DNA of 32,000 nucleotides from Candidatus Saccharimonadota bacterium (GCA_023898645.1 CP060232.1:810001-842000), one strand, 5' to 3'; numbered from the stretch's first letter, positions 6,486 to 15,870 are shown. The notes: generated by a model not told the origin, from the sequence alone. Numbers and translations are program-made.

Positions 6486-8417
6486 ATGGCAGAACGTATC
6501 GAAACGAATAACGCCAAACATAATCTGTTCGCAAAGATCGACCAGCACAAAGGAGATCTGGAACGTTTACGGTGGGAGGGGTCATTCGGGGAATACGTCG
6601 ACATGGTTGTCGAAAATCCTGCTATATCTAGAACTGCGCATCAGACTGTATATAAAGCCCTGACTTCTCGTGAGGACTTCTTTACCACCGGACGCAACGC
6701 GCTGTTTGGAGCCGAAGAAGCAACTAGTCGTTACATCGAAATCCTGAAAGCAGGCGCTGAAGGTTTGGAACTAGGCAAACGAATCATCTTGCTTGTAGGC
6801 CCTCCGGGCAGCGGTAAGTCAACGCTTGTCAACGGAACAAAGCGCGGCATAGAAGAGTACAGCAAGACCGACGAAGGTGCGCTGTACGCGATCAAAGGCT
6901 GCCCAATGTTCGAAGATCCGCTACACCTGATACCACACGACATGCGCCCGATGCTCGGTGAAGAATACGGCGTACATATAGAAGGCGACTTATGCCCTCA
7001 GTGCGCCGACAAATACGGACGAGAACACGTGACCGCAGACAACCTGAAAGATGTTCGCGTAGAACGCCTGATACTTTCCGAAAAAGACCGCGTGGGAATC
7101 GGCACGTTCAAACCGTCTGACCCGAAGTCACAAGACATTACCGAACTTGTCGGTAGCGTGGACTACTCGAAGATCGGCGAGCTTGGATCTGCTTCCGACC
7201 CAAATGCGTACCGTTTTGACGGCGAGCTTAACGTCGCCAACCGTGGCGTCATGGAATTCGTAGAAATGCTCAAGAGCGACGAGCGATTCCTGTACTCACT
7301 GCTCGACCTAGCGCAAGACCGCGTAATCAAAAGCCCGCGATTTTCAAACATCTCGGCCGACGAAGTGATATTAGCTCATACCAACCTGACAGAATACAAA
7401 CGCTACGTCAGCGATCCTAAAAACGAAGCTCTCCGCGATCGAATCGTCGTCATACCAGTGCCGTACTCGCTACGCGTTTCGGACGAAGCGAAGATCCACG
7501 AAAAGCTAATTGGCGACAGCGAGCAGGTACGTGCAGCGTCGGTTCACATCAACCCGCACACACTACAGACCGCAGCAACATTTGCCGTATTGTCCAGACT
7601 CAAGCCGTCTGCCAAATATACAAAGGTGCAAAAACTCAAGATTTATGACGGCAAAGAAACCAACGGTTTGTCGCAGCGCGACATAAAAGAGCTACGTGCC
7701 GAGCACCCAGACGAAGGTATGTCAGGTATATCGCCACGTTACATCATCGATTCACTGTCGATGGCGCTTACCACGCAAGGCAGCAGCAAAAAATGTCTGA
7801 CTCCTATCGACACCATCCGCGCGCTTCGCGAAAACTTAGATCGTCACCCGCACACACGCGACATGAAAAAGGAAGACAAAGACGCGCTGCTCGACGACAT
7901 TGCGAACGTCAAAGCCGAGTTTGACGAAGCTGCCAAAAAGGAAGTACAGAGCGCGTTTATATTCTCATACGAAGACACCGCCCGAACACTTTGCGACAAC
8001 TACCTGGCAAACATCGAAGCGTTTTCGACTCAGTCAAAAATCGTAGACCACATTACCGATGAAGAATCCGAACCAGACGAAAGACTAATGCGCAGCATCG
8101 AAGAGCAGATCGGCGTGAGCGAAAGCGGTAAAAAAGAATTCCGCAACGAACTGTTGATTCGCATAGGCTCGACTCTCCGCAGCGGCAAAACGTTTAACTA
8201 TACGTCGCACCCACGGCTAAAAGAAGCGATTGAAAAGAAGCTATTTGCAGACATGAAAGACGTCGTCAAACTGACCACAAGCACGTCGGTACCAAATGAC
8301 GAACAGCAAGATCGTATCCGCGGCGTGGAACGAACACTTGTCGAAGATCGAGGCTACTGCCCACACTGTGCCTCAGAGCTACTACGCTATGTCGGCACAC
8401 TACTAAGCCGCTCATAG
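6486..8417 (+). CDS. prkA: PrkA/YeaG family serine protein kinase (AAA+ like)
   Basis: 643 aa with Walker A LLVGPPGSGKSTL. Length and overall layout match PrkA/YeaG. SD AAGGAGG at 6473-6479. Confidence 0.93.
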   Translation: MAERIETNNAKHNLFAKIDQHKGDLERLRWEGSFGEYVDMVVENPAISRTAHQTVYKALTSREDFFTTGRNALFGAEEATSRYIEILKAGAEGLELGKRIILLVGPPGSGKSTLVNGTKRGIEEYSKTDEGALYAIKGCPMFEDPLHLIPHDMRPMLGEEYGVHIEGDLCPQCADKYGREHVTADNLKDVRVERLILSEKDRVGIGTFKPSDPKSQDITELVGSVDYSKIGELGSASDPNAYRFDGELNVANRGVMEFVEMLKSDERFLYSLLDLAQDRVIKSPRFSNISADEVILAHTNLTEYKRYVSDPKNEALRDRIVVIPVPYSLRVSDEAKIHEKLIGDSEQVRAASVHINPHTLQTAATFAVLSRLKPSAKYTKVQKLKIYDGKETNGLSQRDIKELRAEHPDEGMSGISPRYIIDSLSMALTTQGSSKKCLTPIDTIRALRENLDRHPHTRDMKKEDKDALLDDIANVKAEFDEAAKKEVQSAFIFSYEDTARTLCDNYLANIEAFSTQSKIVDHITDEESEPDERLMRSIEEQIGVSESGKKEFRNELLIRIGSTLRSGKTFNYTSHPRLKEAIEKKLFADMKDVVKLTTSTSVPNDEQQDRIRGVERTLVEDRGYCPHCASELLRYVGTLLSRS

Positions 8418-8453
8418 ATTTACCCGACACACTAACAAAAGAGGGGAAAGCGC

Positions 8454-9599
8454 ATGGAAAACCACGAACAAAGGAATATGTCGGTATCGCGCCAAGACTG
8501 GACGTTTGATCGGCGCATAGAGCGCGACGAAAACCGTCACAATGACAAAGTTAAAGAAGCGATTCGCGACAACCTAGACTCCGTCGTGAGCGACGGCACT
8601 ATCGTGACGGCCGACCCTCGTAGCAAAAGAATAATCAAGGTACCTATGCGCTCAATCGAGCTGCCGCACATTCGCTATGGCGAACCAAAAGACGGCATAG
8701 GTACGGGCTCGGGCAAGGGCAAACCAAAACCGGGCGACAAAGTAGGTACCGATCCTGAAGCTGGCGACCAAGCAGGCGAAGAATTTTACGAAGCCGAGAT
8801 GACAATCGCCGAAATTCAAGAAATGGTATTTGCCGACCTAGGCTTGCCGAACCTGAAACCCAAAGGCGAGCCGACGATCAACGAAACTGAAATTGTATAC
8901 AACGACGTACGAAAAAAGCGCACAACTACCAACCTAGACATGGGGCGCACCATACTACAAAACCTGTTGCGCAACGCCAAAGAAACAGGCGAGGCAAAAA
9001 TACACGGCATATCACCGGAAGATTTTCGCGTGCGCACATGGGAAGAAGAACAGCGGCCAAAAGACAGCGCCGTAGTCGTAGCCATGGCCGACATATCGGG
9101 CTCGATGGGCGAGTTCGAAAAATACGTCACCCGGGCGTTTTGCTGGTGGACGGTATCGTTTTTGCGTACCAAATATCCGTCGGTCGAAGTGGCATTTATA
9201 GCACACGACACCGAAGCATACGAAGTCACCGAAGAGCAATTCTTTACCCGTGGTTCGAGTGGCGGCACCAAGTGCTCGAGCGCCAATCGCAAAGCACTGG
9301 AACTCATAAATGACCGCTACCAGACCGATCGCTACAACGTATACCCGCTGCATTTTTCGGACGGCGACAACTGGTCGACAGACAACCCCGACTGCGTGAA
9401 TCTGGTACAAGAGCTGCTTAACAGCGACATCAGCCAATACGCCTATGTGCAAATAGGAAAGACCAGCCGCAGCCAGCTACTCGACGCCTACACTGACGGC
9501 ATCCACGACGACCGATTCAAGGGACTCATGATCCAGCAAAAAGAAGACGTACTGAAAGCACTCAAGCAAGTATTTACCGTGGAGCAGGGGAACGCATAA
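8454..9599 (+). CDS. yeaH: YeaH/YhbH family protein (DUF444, VWA-like)
   Basis: 381 aa. N-terminal DWTFDRR...RHNDKVKEAIRDNL and a MIDAS-like DISGSM motif are present. SD GAGGGG lies upstream. Confidence 0.88.
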   Translation: MENHEQRNMSVSRQDWTFDRRIERDENRHNDKVKEAIRDNLDSVVSDGTIVTADPRSKRIIKVPMRSIELPHIRYGEPKDGIGTGSGKGKPKPGDKVGTDPEAGDQAGEEFYEAEMTIAEIQEMVFADLGLPNLKPKGEPTINETEIVYNDVRKKRTTTNLDMGRTILQNLLRNAKETGEAKIHGISPEDFRVRTWEEEQRPKDSAVVVAMADISGSMGEFEKYVTRAFCWWTVSFLRTKYPSVEVAFIAHDTEAYEVTEEQFFTRGSSGGTKCSSANRKALELINDRYQTDRYNVYPLHFSDGDNWSTDNPDCVNLVQELLNSDISQYAYVQIGKTSRSQLLDAYTDGIHDDRFKGLMIQQKEDVLKALKQVFTVEQGNA

Positions 9600-11152
9600 T
9601 GACAGGCGAGTTCCAACCGCAAGCAGCAACAAACCACGAATACGCGGCCGAGGACCAAGAGCTGGAGCAGGCGCTCGAACATATATGGGATATTGCGCTC
9701 GAAAATCACCTTGATCCGTTTCCGACGAATTTTGAAGTAGCGCCAGCTAGTGTCGTGTACCAGATCGGTGCGTACGGCATACCGGGGCGGTTTTCACACT
9801 GGACCTATGGCCGCGCGTACAGGCAGATGAAAACGCAGTACGACTACGGTCTGTCGAAGATTTACGAACTTGTCATCAACAGCAATCCGTCGCAGGCGTT
9901 TTTGCTTGAAAACAATCCGCCAATCGACAACAAATTCGTCATGGCCCACGTGCTGGGACACACTGACTTTTTCAAAAACAACGCAACATTTGCCAACACA
10001 CGCCGCGACATGCCCGAAGCCGCCGCACGTAGCGCTATGCGGATTCAGTCGTACGAAGATCATGAAGGACGCATGGCAGTAGAGCAAACACTCGACGCAG
10101 CACTGGCTATCGAACAGCACATCGACCCGTATCATATCCACCGACTCGACCGCAACGAAGAGCTAAAGCAATGGCGCGCGCAAGCAGCCAAAAACGCTAA
10201 ACCAGCCCGCGAAGGTGATAGTGAGTTTGACGACCTGCTACCACGATCGGGTAGTGTGGAGCAAAACCTCGGACGCCAAGCACTTGCCATGATGATACCG
10301 CCAGCGCCCGACCAAGATTTGCTAGGGTTTATACGCAACCACGCACCATACCTGGAAGATTGGCAGCGCGACGTCGTCGATATCGTACGTAGCGAGTCAC
10401 TGTATTTTTATCCGCAGCGCCGCACCAAGATCATGAACGAGGGCTGGGCCGCCTACTGGCACAAACGAATCATGCGTGAAATGGGCGATCGCGGACTCAT
10501 AACTGACGCCGAAAACGAAGCGTGGTGGAAGCTACACTCGGGCGTAGTAGGACCAAACCCACGATCAATTAACCCGTACTATTTGGGCATGAAGATTTAT
10601 GAATACATCGAAGATTACTACAACGGCACGCTAACCGATGAAGAGACTGCGCAGCTACAAAAAGAGGGTGTACCGACATACCCACGCTACGATGGTCCAC
10701 TCAAAGATAGTCCGGCTATGCCGCACCTGCGCGAAGCCATGATGTACAACGATGATCAATCGTTTATACGCAATTACTTCAACAAGATCATTGCTGATCG
10801 CACCGAGATGTATATATACGAAGAACGTCGGCTCTCGCCGTATCATCAGCCCGAAATGGTAGTTGCCGATGACGGCTGGTTGCGTATACGCGACATGCTG
10901 ACAAAGTCTATGGACAACAACGGTACACCGCGGATAGACGTGATAAACGGTGATCATAGCCGTGCTGGCGAACTATACCTCAAACACGAATTTGACGGGC
11001 GATCGCTCGATCCGCAATACGTCGAAAAGACCCTACCTTACATACACGCTCTATGGCGACGCCCGGTGCACATCGAAACGCGCGAGGCAGCTGGCAACAA
11101 AGTGCTTATATATACGTACGACGGTAAAAAAGTCAAAAAGCACACCAAATAG
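9599..11152 (+). CDS. spoVR: SpoVR/YcgB family protein
   Basis: 517 aa with the blocks FSHWTYGR and MAHVLGHTDFFKNN. The start overlaps the yeaH stop (TAATG at 9597-9601). Confidence 0.9.
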   Translation: MTGEFQPQAATNHEYAAEDQELEQALEHIWDIALENHLDPFPTNFEVAPASVVYQIGAYGIPGRFSHWTYGRAYRQMKTQYDYGLSKIYELVINSNPSQAFLLENNPPIDNKFVMAHVLGHTDFFKNNATFANTRRDMPEAAARSAMRIQSYEDHEGRMAVEQTLDAALAIEQHIDPYHIHRLDRNEELKQWRAQAAKNAKPAREGDSEFDDLLPRSGSVEQNLGRQALAMMIPPAPDQDLLGFIRNHAPYLEDWQRDVVDIVRSESLYFYPQRRTKIMNEGWAAYWHKRIMREMGDRGLITDAENEAWWKLHSGVVGPNPRSINPYYLGMKIYEYIEDYYNGTLTDEETAQLQKEGVPTYPRYDGPLKDSPAMPHLREAMMYNDDQSFIRNYFNKIIADRTEMYIYEERRLSPYHQPEMVVADDGWLRIRDMLTKSMDNNGTPRIDVINGDHSRAGELYLKHEFDGRSLDPQYVEKTLPYIHALWRRPVHIETREAAGNKVLIYTYDGKKVKKHTK

Positions 11153-11192
11153 CCTTCAAGCCTTTTGCGTTATTGCTATTTTATAGTATTTA

Positions 11193-11201
11193 TGCTATAA
11201 T
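11193..11201 (+). promoter_or_regulatory. Extended -10 TGcTATAAT upstream of M54-like gene A
   Basis: taTGcTATAAT, then a 24-nt leader containing GAGG at 11215-11218, then ATG 11226. Confidence 0.5.
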
Positions 11202-11225
11202 AATTATTCTAAACGAGGTTTATCG

Positions 11226-11897
11226 ATGGCAAATTCATTTTCGTTTGAAATTTGTAAGGATGTCAGTGCCACAGACATCTCTATTGACCCTGTAATGGCC
11301 AGTCTCGAAAGTATGCGCGAACATACTGGCGAGATAGATATCATAGATACTGATCACTTGATTGAGTTTCCAGACTCAGACAGCGAAAGAATACGCCCAC
11401 GCCAGCTTGGCATCAAGCAAATGGCAGACTTTGCGTTAGTACTTACCAACAAGCCAATCGGCGAAGAGGACGAAAGAACCAAGGGTTTCACGTATTCATT
11501 CCCAGACGGTAAGCCACTCGGACTTCGCGCGTCAATAATATCTACCCACGACAATTATAATCTTGAAGTCGTGACAGACCACGAGGTAGGGCATTTGTTC
11601 AACATGGTTAACCACGGTGAAAAACACGACGGCAACGGCCACTGCACCGACGAAGAATGTATGATGCACAAGAGCCTTACAAGAGCGCTTGAAAGAACCG
11701 TATACGTGAGCAACGAGAACGGCGAAGAGCATCGCACTATAGGCGAGACTCGACCGACGTACCTCAAAAAGCGCCTGTGTCAGACATGCGAGTCGCTCTT
11801 TGCATACAATACCCAAGTCCTTTTGGACGCAAAGCGAGGCAAAGAGGTCGCGAATAGTCTGGTTTTTGCCGCAATGGCACGCGCCGGTCACCTGTAA
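11226..11897 (+). CDS. Archaemetzincin-like (peptidase M54-like) zinc metallopeptidase, paralogue A
   Basis: 223 aa with the signature HEVGH-x15-HC-x4-CMM-x37-CQTC. The N-terminal layout parallels paralogues B and C. Confidence 0.7.
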   Translation: MANSFSFEICKDVSATDISIDPVMASLESMREHTGEIDIIDTDHLIEFPDSDSERIRPRQLGIKQMADFALVLTNKPIGEEDERTKGFTYSFPDGKPLGLRASIISTHDNYNLEVVTDHEVGHLFNMVNHGEKHDGNGHCTDEECMMHKSLTRALERTVYVSNENGEEHRTIGETRPTYLKKRLCQTCESLFAYNTQVLLDAKRGKEVANSLVFAAMARAGHL

Positions 11898-11900
11898 CAC

Positions 11901-11909
11901 TGCTATAAT
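11901..11909 (+). promoter_or_regulatory. Extended -10 TGcTATAAT, 6 nt before ATG 11916
   Basis: acTGcTATAATgcacacATG read directly. Confidence 0.55.
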
Positions 11910-11915
11910 GCACAC

Positions 11916-12173
11916 ATGACAGCAAACCGAATGCGTAAAAATTTTATGCAAAGTCGCTTAGCAATAGCGCTGCTAATATTGGTAGCAATCTTGGCACTGT
12001 TGATTGGGTTTAGCATACTCCGACAAACCATCGTAAAAAACGACATAAACAGCTTTGAAGACTGCGCAGCTTCTGGCCGACCAGTTCTGGAAACATTTCC
12101 CGAGCAATGTATAGGGCCCGACGGCACACGCTACACAAAACAGTACGACACAACACCAAGAAGCAGTATATAA
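11916..12173 (+). CDS. Small membrane-anchored/secreted protein with a Cys pair, unknown function
   Basis: 85 aa. An N-terminal basic stretch is followed by the TM helix LAIALLILVAILALLIGFSIL, then FEDCAASGRPVLETFPEQC. Confidence 0.6.
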   Translation: MTANRMRKNFMQSRLAIALLILVAILALLIGFSILRQTIVKNDINSFEDCAASGRPVLETFPEQCIGPDGTRYTKQYDTTPRSSI

Positions 12174-12177
12174 AGTC

Positions 12178-12471
12178 TTACAAGTTTTCGGCGCTACGAT
12201 GAAAATCGCATTCGTTCCACAAAATCTTGCGAGCGCATTTTTGCACTTGGGCGATTTTTTGTGGCGAAAAGCCAAGTTCTTCTAGCGCATCTTCGTAGGT
12301 TTTGTCGCGCGCGTCTTCCACGATTTCTTCTGGCGTCATAGCTGATTTGGAGTATGAATACCGACCACCCACAGGATCTTCGATGTCGACCATGCGAGCA
12401 ACCGCAGCGCAAAGCAGGGGAGCGTCGACGTCATTTGAGGCAATAGGGCAGTTTTTGCAGGTTTCGGACAT
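12178..12471 (-). CDS. Hypothetical acidic Cys-containing protein
   Basis: 97-aa ORF with an ATG start (MSETCKNCP...). No family recognised. Confidence 0.5.
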   Translation of the reverse strand: MSETCKNCPIASNDVDAPLLCAAVARMVDIEDPVGGRYSYSKSAMTPEEIVEDARDKTYEDALEELGFSPQKIAQVQKCARKILWNECDFHRSAENL

Positions 12472-12609
12472 AGCTGTTCTCGATTTTACATGGAAATTCA
12501 GATTTGTCTAACGCGGGTAACTACCAAATATTAATAAAAAATGGTATAACTATACAACCGGTCAAATACCGGTGATATTTAAAATCCCACCCCAGAAAGA
12601 GATGATGCG

Positions 12610-13356
12610 ATGCGAATCATGCGGTTGCTTATGGCAGCTACGCTATCGTTTGGCGCTGCACTGATGGGCGCCACTGGTGCTCATGCTGATACATTGCCGA
12701 TCAATTGCAATGCTCACGTTCTAGACGCGACAACCTCGGGAGGTGTCGACACGGCTTTTATCCAGAAAAAGATCGACAGCCTCCGTGCAGTTTCACCGAC
12801 AGCCGATATTTATATCCAGGCGTACCAAAACCTCCCAGGTGGAGGCGCAGGGCAGTTTTGGCAGGCGGGTCTACAACAATGCTCGAATTGGAGATCTGCG
12901 TCGGGCAACCGTGCAGCCGACAATGTACTCGTAGCAGCATATGGCGTTGATTCAGGCGGACTTGCATTGTACTACGGCAAAGATTTCGCCTTGGCGATGT
13001 CTACCTACGAAAAAGAAATCCGCTCCACCGTGTTGATTGAGTTGGCAAATTTGAACGGCCAGCCAGGCAATCTTGACTACGTGACAAGTGGTTTGGCGCA
13101 AGTACTGATGAATGCGGAATTCTATATCAGAAATTCGCAGTACTATTCGGAAGTTGACGGCATCTACTATCCACCGGTAACTTCTGTCCCCGCAGTTGAG
13201 GAATTCCGCTTCGAACCGACTGCGTTCATCAAAGCTAGTGGCCTCGGGCTGCTTTTGATTGTTGGATTTGGACTACTCGTCGTGGTTCTTTCTCCTGCAG
13301 CGAAGCATCTGTCGCGGTTTGTACCGCCCGAACTCAAAATAGGCAGGCCTATGTAA
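12610..13356 (+). CDS. Secreted protein with C-terminal membrane anchor, possibly TPM-like domain
   Basis: 248 aa. Signal peptide MRIMRLLMAATLSFGAALMGATGAHA and C-terminal TM GLGLLLIVGFGLLVVVL are present. The central region only loosely resembles a TPM domain, so the function call is weak. Confidence 0.65.
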   Translation: MRIMRLLMAATLSFGAALMGATGAHADTLPINCNAHVLDATTSGGVDTAFIQKKIDSLRAVSPTADIYIQAYQNLPGGGAGQFWQAGLQQCSNWRSASGNRAADNVLVAAYGVDSGGLALYYGKDFALAMSTYEKEIRSTVLIELANLNGQPGNLDYVTSGLAQVLMNAEFYIRNSQYYSEVDGIYYPPVTSVPAVEEFRFEPTAFIKASGLGLLLIVGFGLLVVVLSPAAKHLSRFVPPELKIGRPM

Positions 13357-13382
13357 GAGCTGGGTCTAATGGGAAATAACTA

Positions 13383-13416
13383 GCCGGAGCTGCGCATCAG
13401 CGTAGCTCCGGCATTT
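13383..13416 (+). terminator. Intrinsic terminator-like hairpin
   Basis: A 13-bp stem (gccggagctgcgc / gcgtagctccggc, one G-U pair) with loop atca is followed by attt. Confidence 0.65.
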
Positions 13417-13504
13417 ACCCCTGTCTTTATATGAAGGTAGAGGTGAATCAAATGTCAGCACGATATCGTTAATCTACGGTGCAATAAAAGGTATTGTCGC
13501 AACT

Positions 13505-13729
13505 ATGAAAATCACAGTCACAGTAAAACCAGGCAGCAAAAAAGGACCGCTAGTTCAGCCAGATCTACTGGGTGGATATTTAGTATACGTGCGCGAGCCA
13601 GCGATTGAAGGCAAAGCAAATCGTGCTGTAGCAGAAATGCTAGCAAAATTTTTTGATATACCGAAAACTAAGGTCATATTGGTGCGTGGTGCAACCAGTA
13701 AGATAAAGGTATTTGAAATCCCAGAATAG
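13505..13729 (+). CDS. DUF167 (YggU-like) family protein
   Basis: 74 aa. The pattern KITVTVKPGSKK...EPAIEGKANRAVAEMLAKFF...VILVRGATSKIKVFEI matches YggU/UPF0235. Confidence 0.8.
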   Translation: MKITVTVKPGSKKGPLVQPDLLGGYLVYVREPAIEGKANRAVAEMLAKFFDIPKTKVILVRGATSKIKVFEIPE

Positions 13730-13730
13730 A

Positions 13731-13955
13731 CTATTCGTTCCAGTCGTCTGGTAGAGTGTCGGGGATTTTAGTATGCCCAACTTCGTAATCTACATAACTG
13801 TCGCGAGAATTTGCAGTAGCAATGCGGCGCAAATCCGCCTCGCCGAAACTGGCTTGTTCAAATCCGTCGCCCATGATGCTAAGCACAGTTCGTGCAGCCT
13901 TTTTTATGCGCGCTGATATGCTCTCACGATTGTCGTTGTATGATTCATAATTCAT
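13731..13955 (-). CDS. Hypothetical small acidic protein
   Basis: 74 aa counted from Met 9 of ORF 13731-13979. TATAAT (minus strand, 13962-13967) lies 6 nt upstream of this ATG. Confidence 0.5.
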   Translation of the reverse strand: MNYESYNDNRESISARIKKAARTVLSIMGDGFEQASFGEADLRRIATANSRDSYVDYEVGHTKIPDTLPDDWNE

Positions 13956-14011
13956 AGATTGATTATACAACAAATGCATGTTTTTAGCAATTTATAAAGA
14001 GGTGAGTGACT

Positions 14012-14800
14012 TTAAGTAATCACTTTTTTGATGGCATCGTACTGCTCGCGGACAACCTTTGCTACGTTTGGCGTAGCAGCGACAAATTCGAGGGTTTTGT
14101 AGTCGTAGTCCCTACCTTCAAACGATACGATTTCGCCACCGGCTTCTTGAACCAACAACACCCCCGGTATGTCGTCGTGTAGCATTGATCCACTACGCAG
14201 TTTGGTGACACCCTGTATGTTGCCCTGAGCCAAACGAGTAAACTCGTATCCCGAAGCACCGATAGGCGCATACATACCGAGCCCCGAATAACTCAGCACA
14301 GGATAAACATCCTTGTATGCCACTGCACCCGCAAATACGATCGAATCGTCTAACACAGTATTATTTATATGTATACTTTCACCGTTGCGATAAGCGCCCA
14401 GCCCGCGGATGGCCGTATAAAGCTCGTCGGTTGCGAAATGATATATGACGCTCGCTACCGTGACACCGTCTACCACCAAGCCCGCCATGTTGCTACAGTC
14501 GGGCAGTCCGTGCATAAAACTTCGCGTACCGTCGATAGGGTCAACGAACCACGTCGCGTCTATAGTGCCTTCGACGTCGTCGGTCTCTTCGCCATGAAAA
14601 CCAAAGTCAGGGTAGGCGTCTGCTAGTTTTGTTTTGAGCGCCTGCTCGATCTTGACGTCGAGTTTGGTAACCGGAGAACCGTCTTGTTTAGATGAGTGCT
14701 TGATCTTGCCGTACGATTCCATAAGTTCATCTCGAAAGCTCTTAAACACGTCGATGACGAGCTGTTGAGACTCACGGATTACTTCTGGCGATATAATCAT
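14012..14800 (-). CDS. Inositol monophosphatase family protein (IMPase/SuhB-like)
   Basis: 262 aa with HGEE, WFVDPIDGTRSF, and a C-terminal DD..G region characteristic of the family. Confidence 0.9.
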   Translation of the reverse strand: MIISPEVIRESQQLVIDVFKSFRDELMESYGKIKHSSKQDGSPVTKLDVKIEQALKTKLADAYPDFGFHGEETDDVEGTIDATWFVDPIDGTRSFMHGLPDCSNMAGLVVDGVTVASVIYHFATDELYTAIRGLGAYRNGESIHINNTVLDDSIVFAGAVAYKDVYPVLSYSGLGMYAPIGASGYEFTRLAQGNIQGVTKLRSGSMLHDDIPGVLLVQEAGGEIVSFEGRDYDYKTLEFVAATPNVAKVVREQYDAIKKVIT

Positions 14801-14806
14801 GGCTCT

Positions 14807-14815
14807 ACTATAGCA
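14807..14815 (-). promoter_or_regulatory. Extended -10 TGcTATAGT, 6 nt before the IMPase ATG (minus strand)
   Basis: The minus strand reads ctcTGcTATAGTagagccATG. Confidence 0.5.
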
Positions 14816-14849
14816 GAGCGGTAATCAAGTAAGGTTTACGGTGTAAAAA

Positions 14850-14877
14850 TTGACTGCATACTTATAAGTGCTATCAT
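14850..14877 (+). promoter_or_regulatory. Promoter TTGACT-16 nt-TATCAT, 8 nt before ATG 14886
   Basis: TTGACT at 14850-14855 and TATCAT at 14872-14877; no SD. Confidence 0.55.
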
Positions 14878-14885
14878 TCACTTAC

Positions 14886-15449
14886 ATGCACTATAACCGC
14901 AATCTCAGCATAGAGATATTCCGGGACAGTGAAACGCCCGATGTCCAAGTTGACCTTGCCGTGACGGCCCTGGAAGAAATACGACAAATCACAAAACATA
15001 TAGAAATCGTTGAACGTGGAAATGTGCTGCAACTGAGCGAGCCAGGTGTCGACGCTGTGTACACAAAAGATGTGCCGCTACACAAAATTCAAACTGATTT
15101 TGGCATTATACTTTCAAGCCGTCCGCTTGTGTTGCCGACTATGCTAGGGCAACCGCCAAACACAGGAAACATAACGGTAGGCAATGCGTGGGTAGGGCTA
15201 GACAAACCATTTGCTGTCATAGACGCTGAGCGTACGTACTCACTCAAAAACTCGACCAAACACGAAGTAGGGCATTTCATAGGAGTGCCGCGAAAAGGCA
15301 AATACTTTGACGGTGACTGTCACTGCAATCGCCCGAACTGCGTGATGCACTCCATGACCAAAATCGAAATCGAACAAGATGATTATTGCCACAACTGTAC
15401 CGCGCAGCTTGCCAAAAATGCGTTTAATTTAATGAGACTCAAAAAGTAA
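14886..15449 (+). CDS. Archaemetzincin-like (M54-like) zinc metallopeptidase, paralogue B
   Basis: 187 aa counted from ATG 14886. The ORF track begins at GTG 14868, which lies inside the predicted promoter. Signature HEVGH-x15-HC-x4-CVM-x13-CHNC. Confidence 0.7.
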   Translation: MHYNRNLSIEIFRDSETPDVQVDLAVTALEEIRQITKHIEIVERGNVLQLSEPGVDAVYTKDVPLHKIQTDFGIILSSRPLVLPTMLGQPPNTGNITVGNAWVGLDKPFAVIDAERTYSLKNSTKHEVGHFIGVPRKGKYFDGDCHCNRPNCVMHSMTKIEIEQDDYCHNCTAQLAKNAFNLMRLKK

Positions 15450-15509
15450 AAACCCGCACCGATAGTTTCGATGCGGGTGTGTTCGGACTCATCCGACTGA
15501 AGTTGTTGG

Positions 15510-15809
15510 TTAAAAATCCTCGTCTGGATTGTCTCCGGGTTTTTTACCCCAGCGCCAGCGCGGAGCAGGGCCTTTGGCACTGGTAATCAGCATAACCGCT
15601 ACAATGTCGGCGACAACTATGCCGATAAACAGTACCAGCTGACTAGCCGTGGGCTGTTCGGGCTTGGGCGGTAGAACGGTAATCCCCGCCGTGATAACCA
15701 CTGCAAACAGTGCAGCAATAATTAGCCAACCCTGCAGGGTGACCGGAGTCCAGCCCCAGCCGTAGCGTTTGCGTTTGAACCAATACTTTTTCGATTGTTT
15801 TTGTATCAT
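15510..15809 (-). CDS. Small 2-TM membrane protein with acidic C-terminus (paralogue of 5695-5958)
   Basis: 99 aa counted from Met 6; an alternative start is at 15824. TATACT at 15816-15821 (minus strand) lies 6 nt upstream of ATG 15809. Confidence 0.6.
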   Translation of the reverse strand: MIQKQSKKYWFKRKRYGWGWTPVTLQGWLIIAALFAVVITAGITVLPPKPEQPTASQLVLFIGIVVADIVAVMLITSAKGPAPRWRWGKKPGDNPDEDF

Positions 15810-15870
15810 AAACTCAGTATACATCTATTCGAGCTTGTAAAAAATATATTCCACTGCCATACTCAAACAT

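Noticed and set aside
8816-10141. Long antisense ORFs inside yeaH and spoVR (8816-9307, 9012-9452 and 9794-10141, all minus strand).
   Set aside because: They lie entirely within genes that have strong family signatures on the plus strand. Their translations are Arg/Ser/Cys-rich with no motifs, typical of shadow ORFs in moderately GC-rich coding sequence.
11153-11225. M54-like paralogue A might be the fourth gene of the prkA-yeaH-spoVR operon.
   Set aside because: It has its own TGcTATAAT box and SD in the 73-bp gap, and the other two paralogues are unlinked to prkA. Read-through is not excluded, because I saw no terminator after spoVR. I therefore do not claim either linkage or independence.
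12560-12585. Two ACCGGT hexamers (caACCGGTcaaatACCGGTga) upstream of gene 12610, as a possible operator.
   Set aside because: The palindromic hexamers are short, common and only 7 nt apart. Nothing in the sequence supports them beyond chance.
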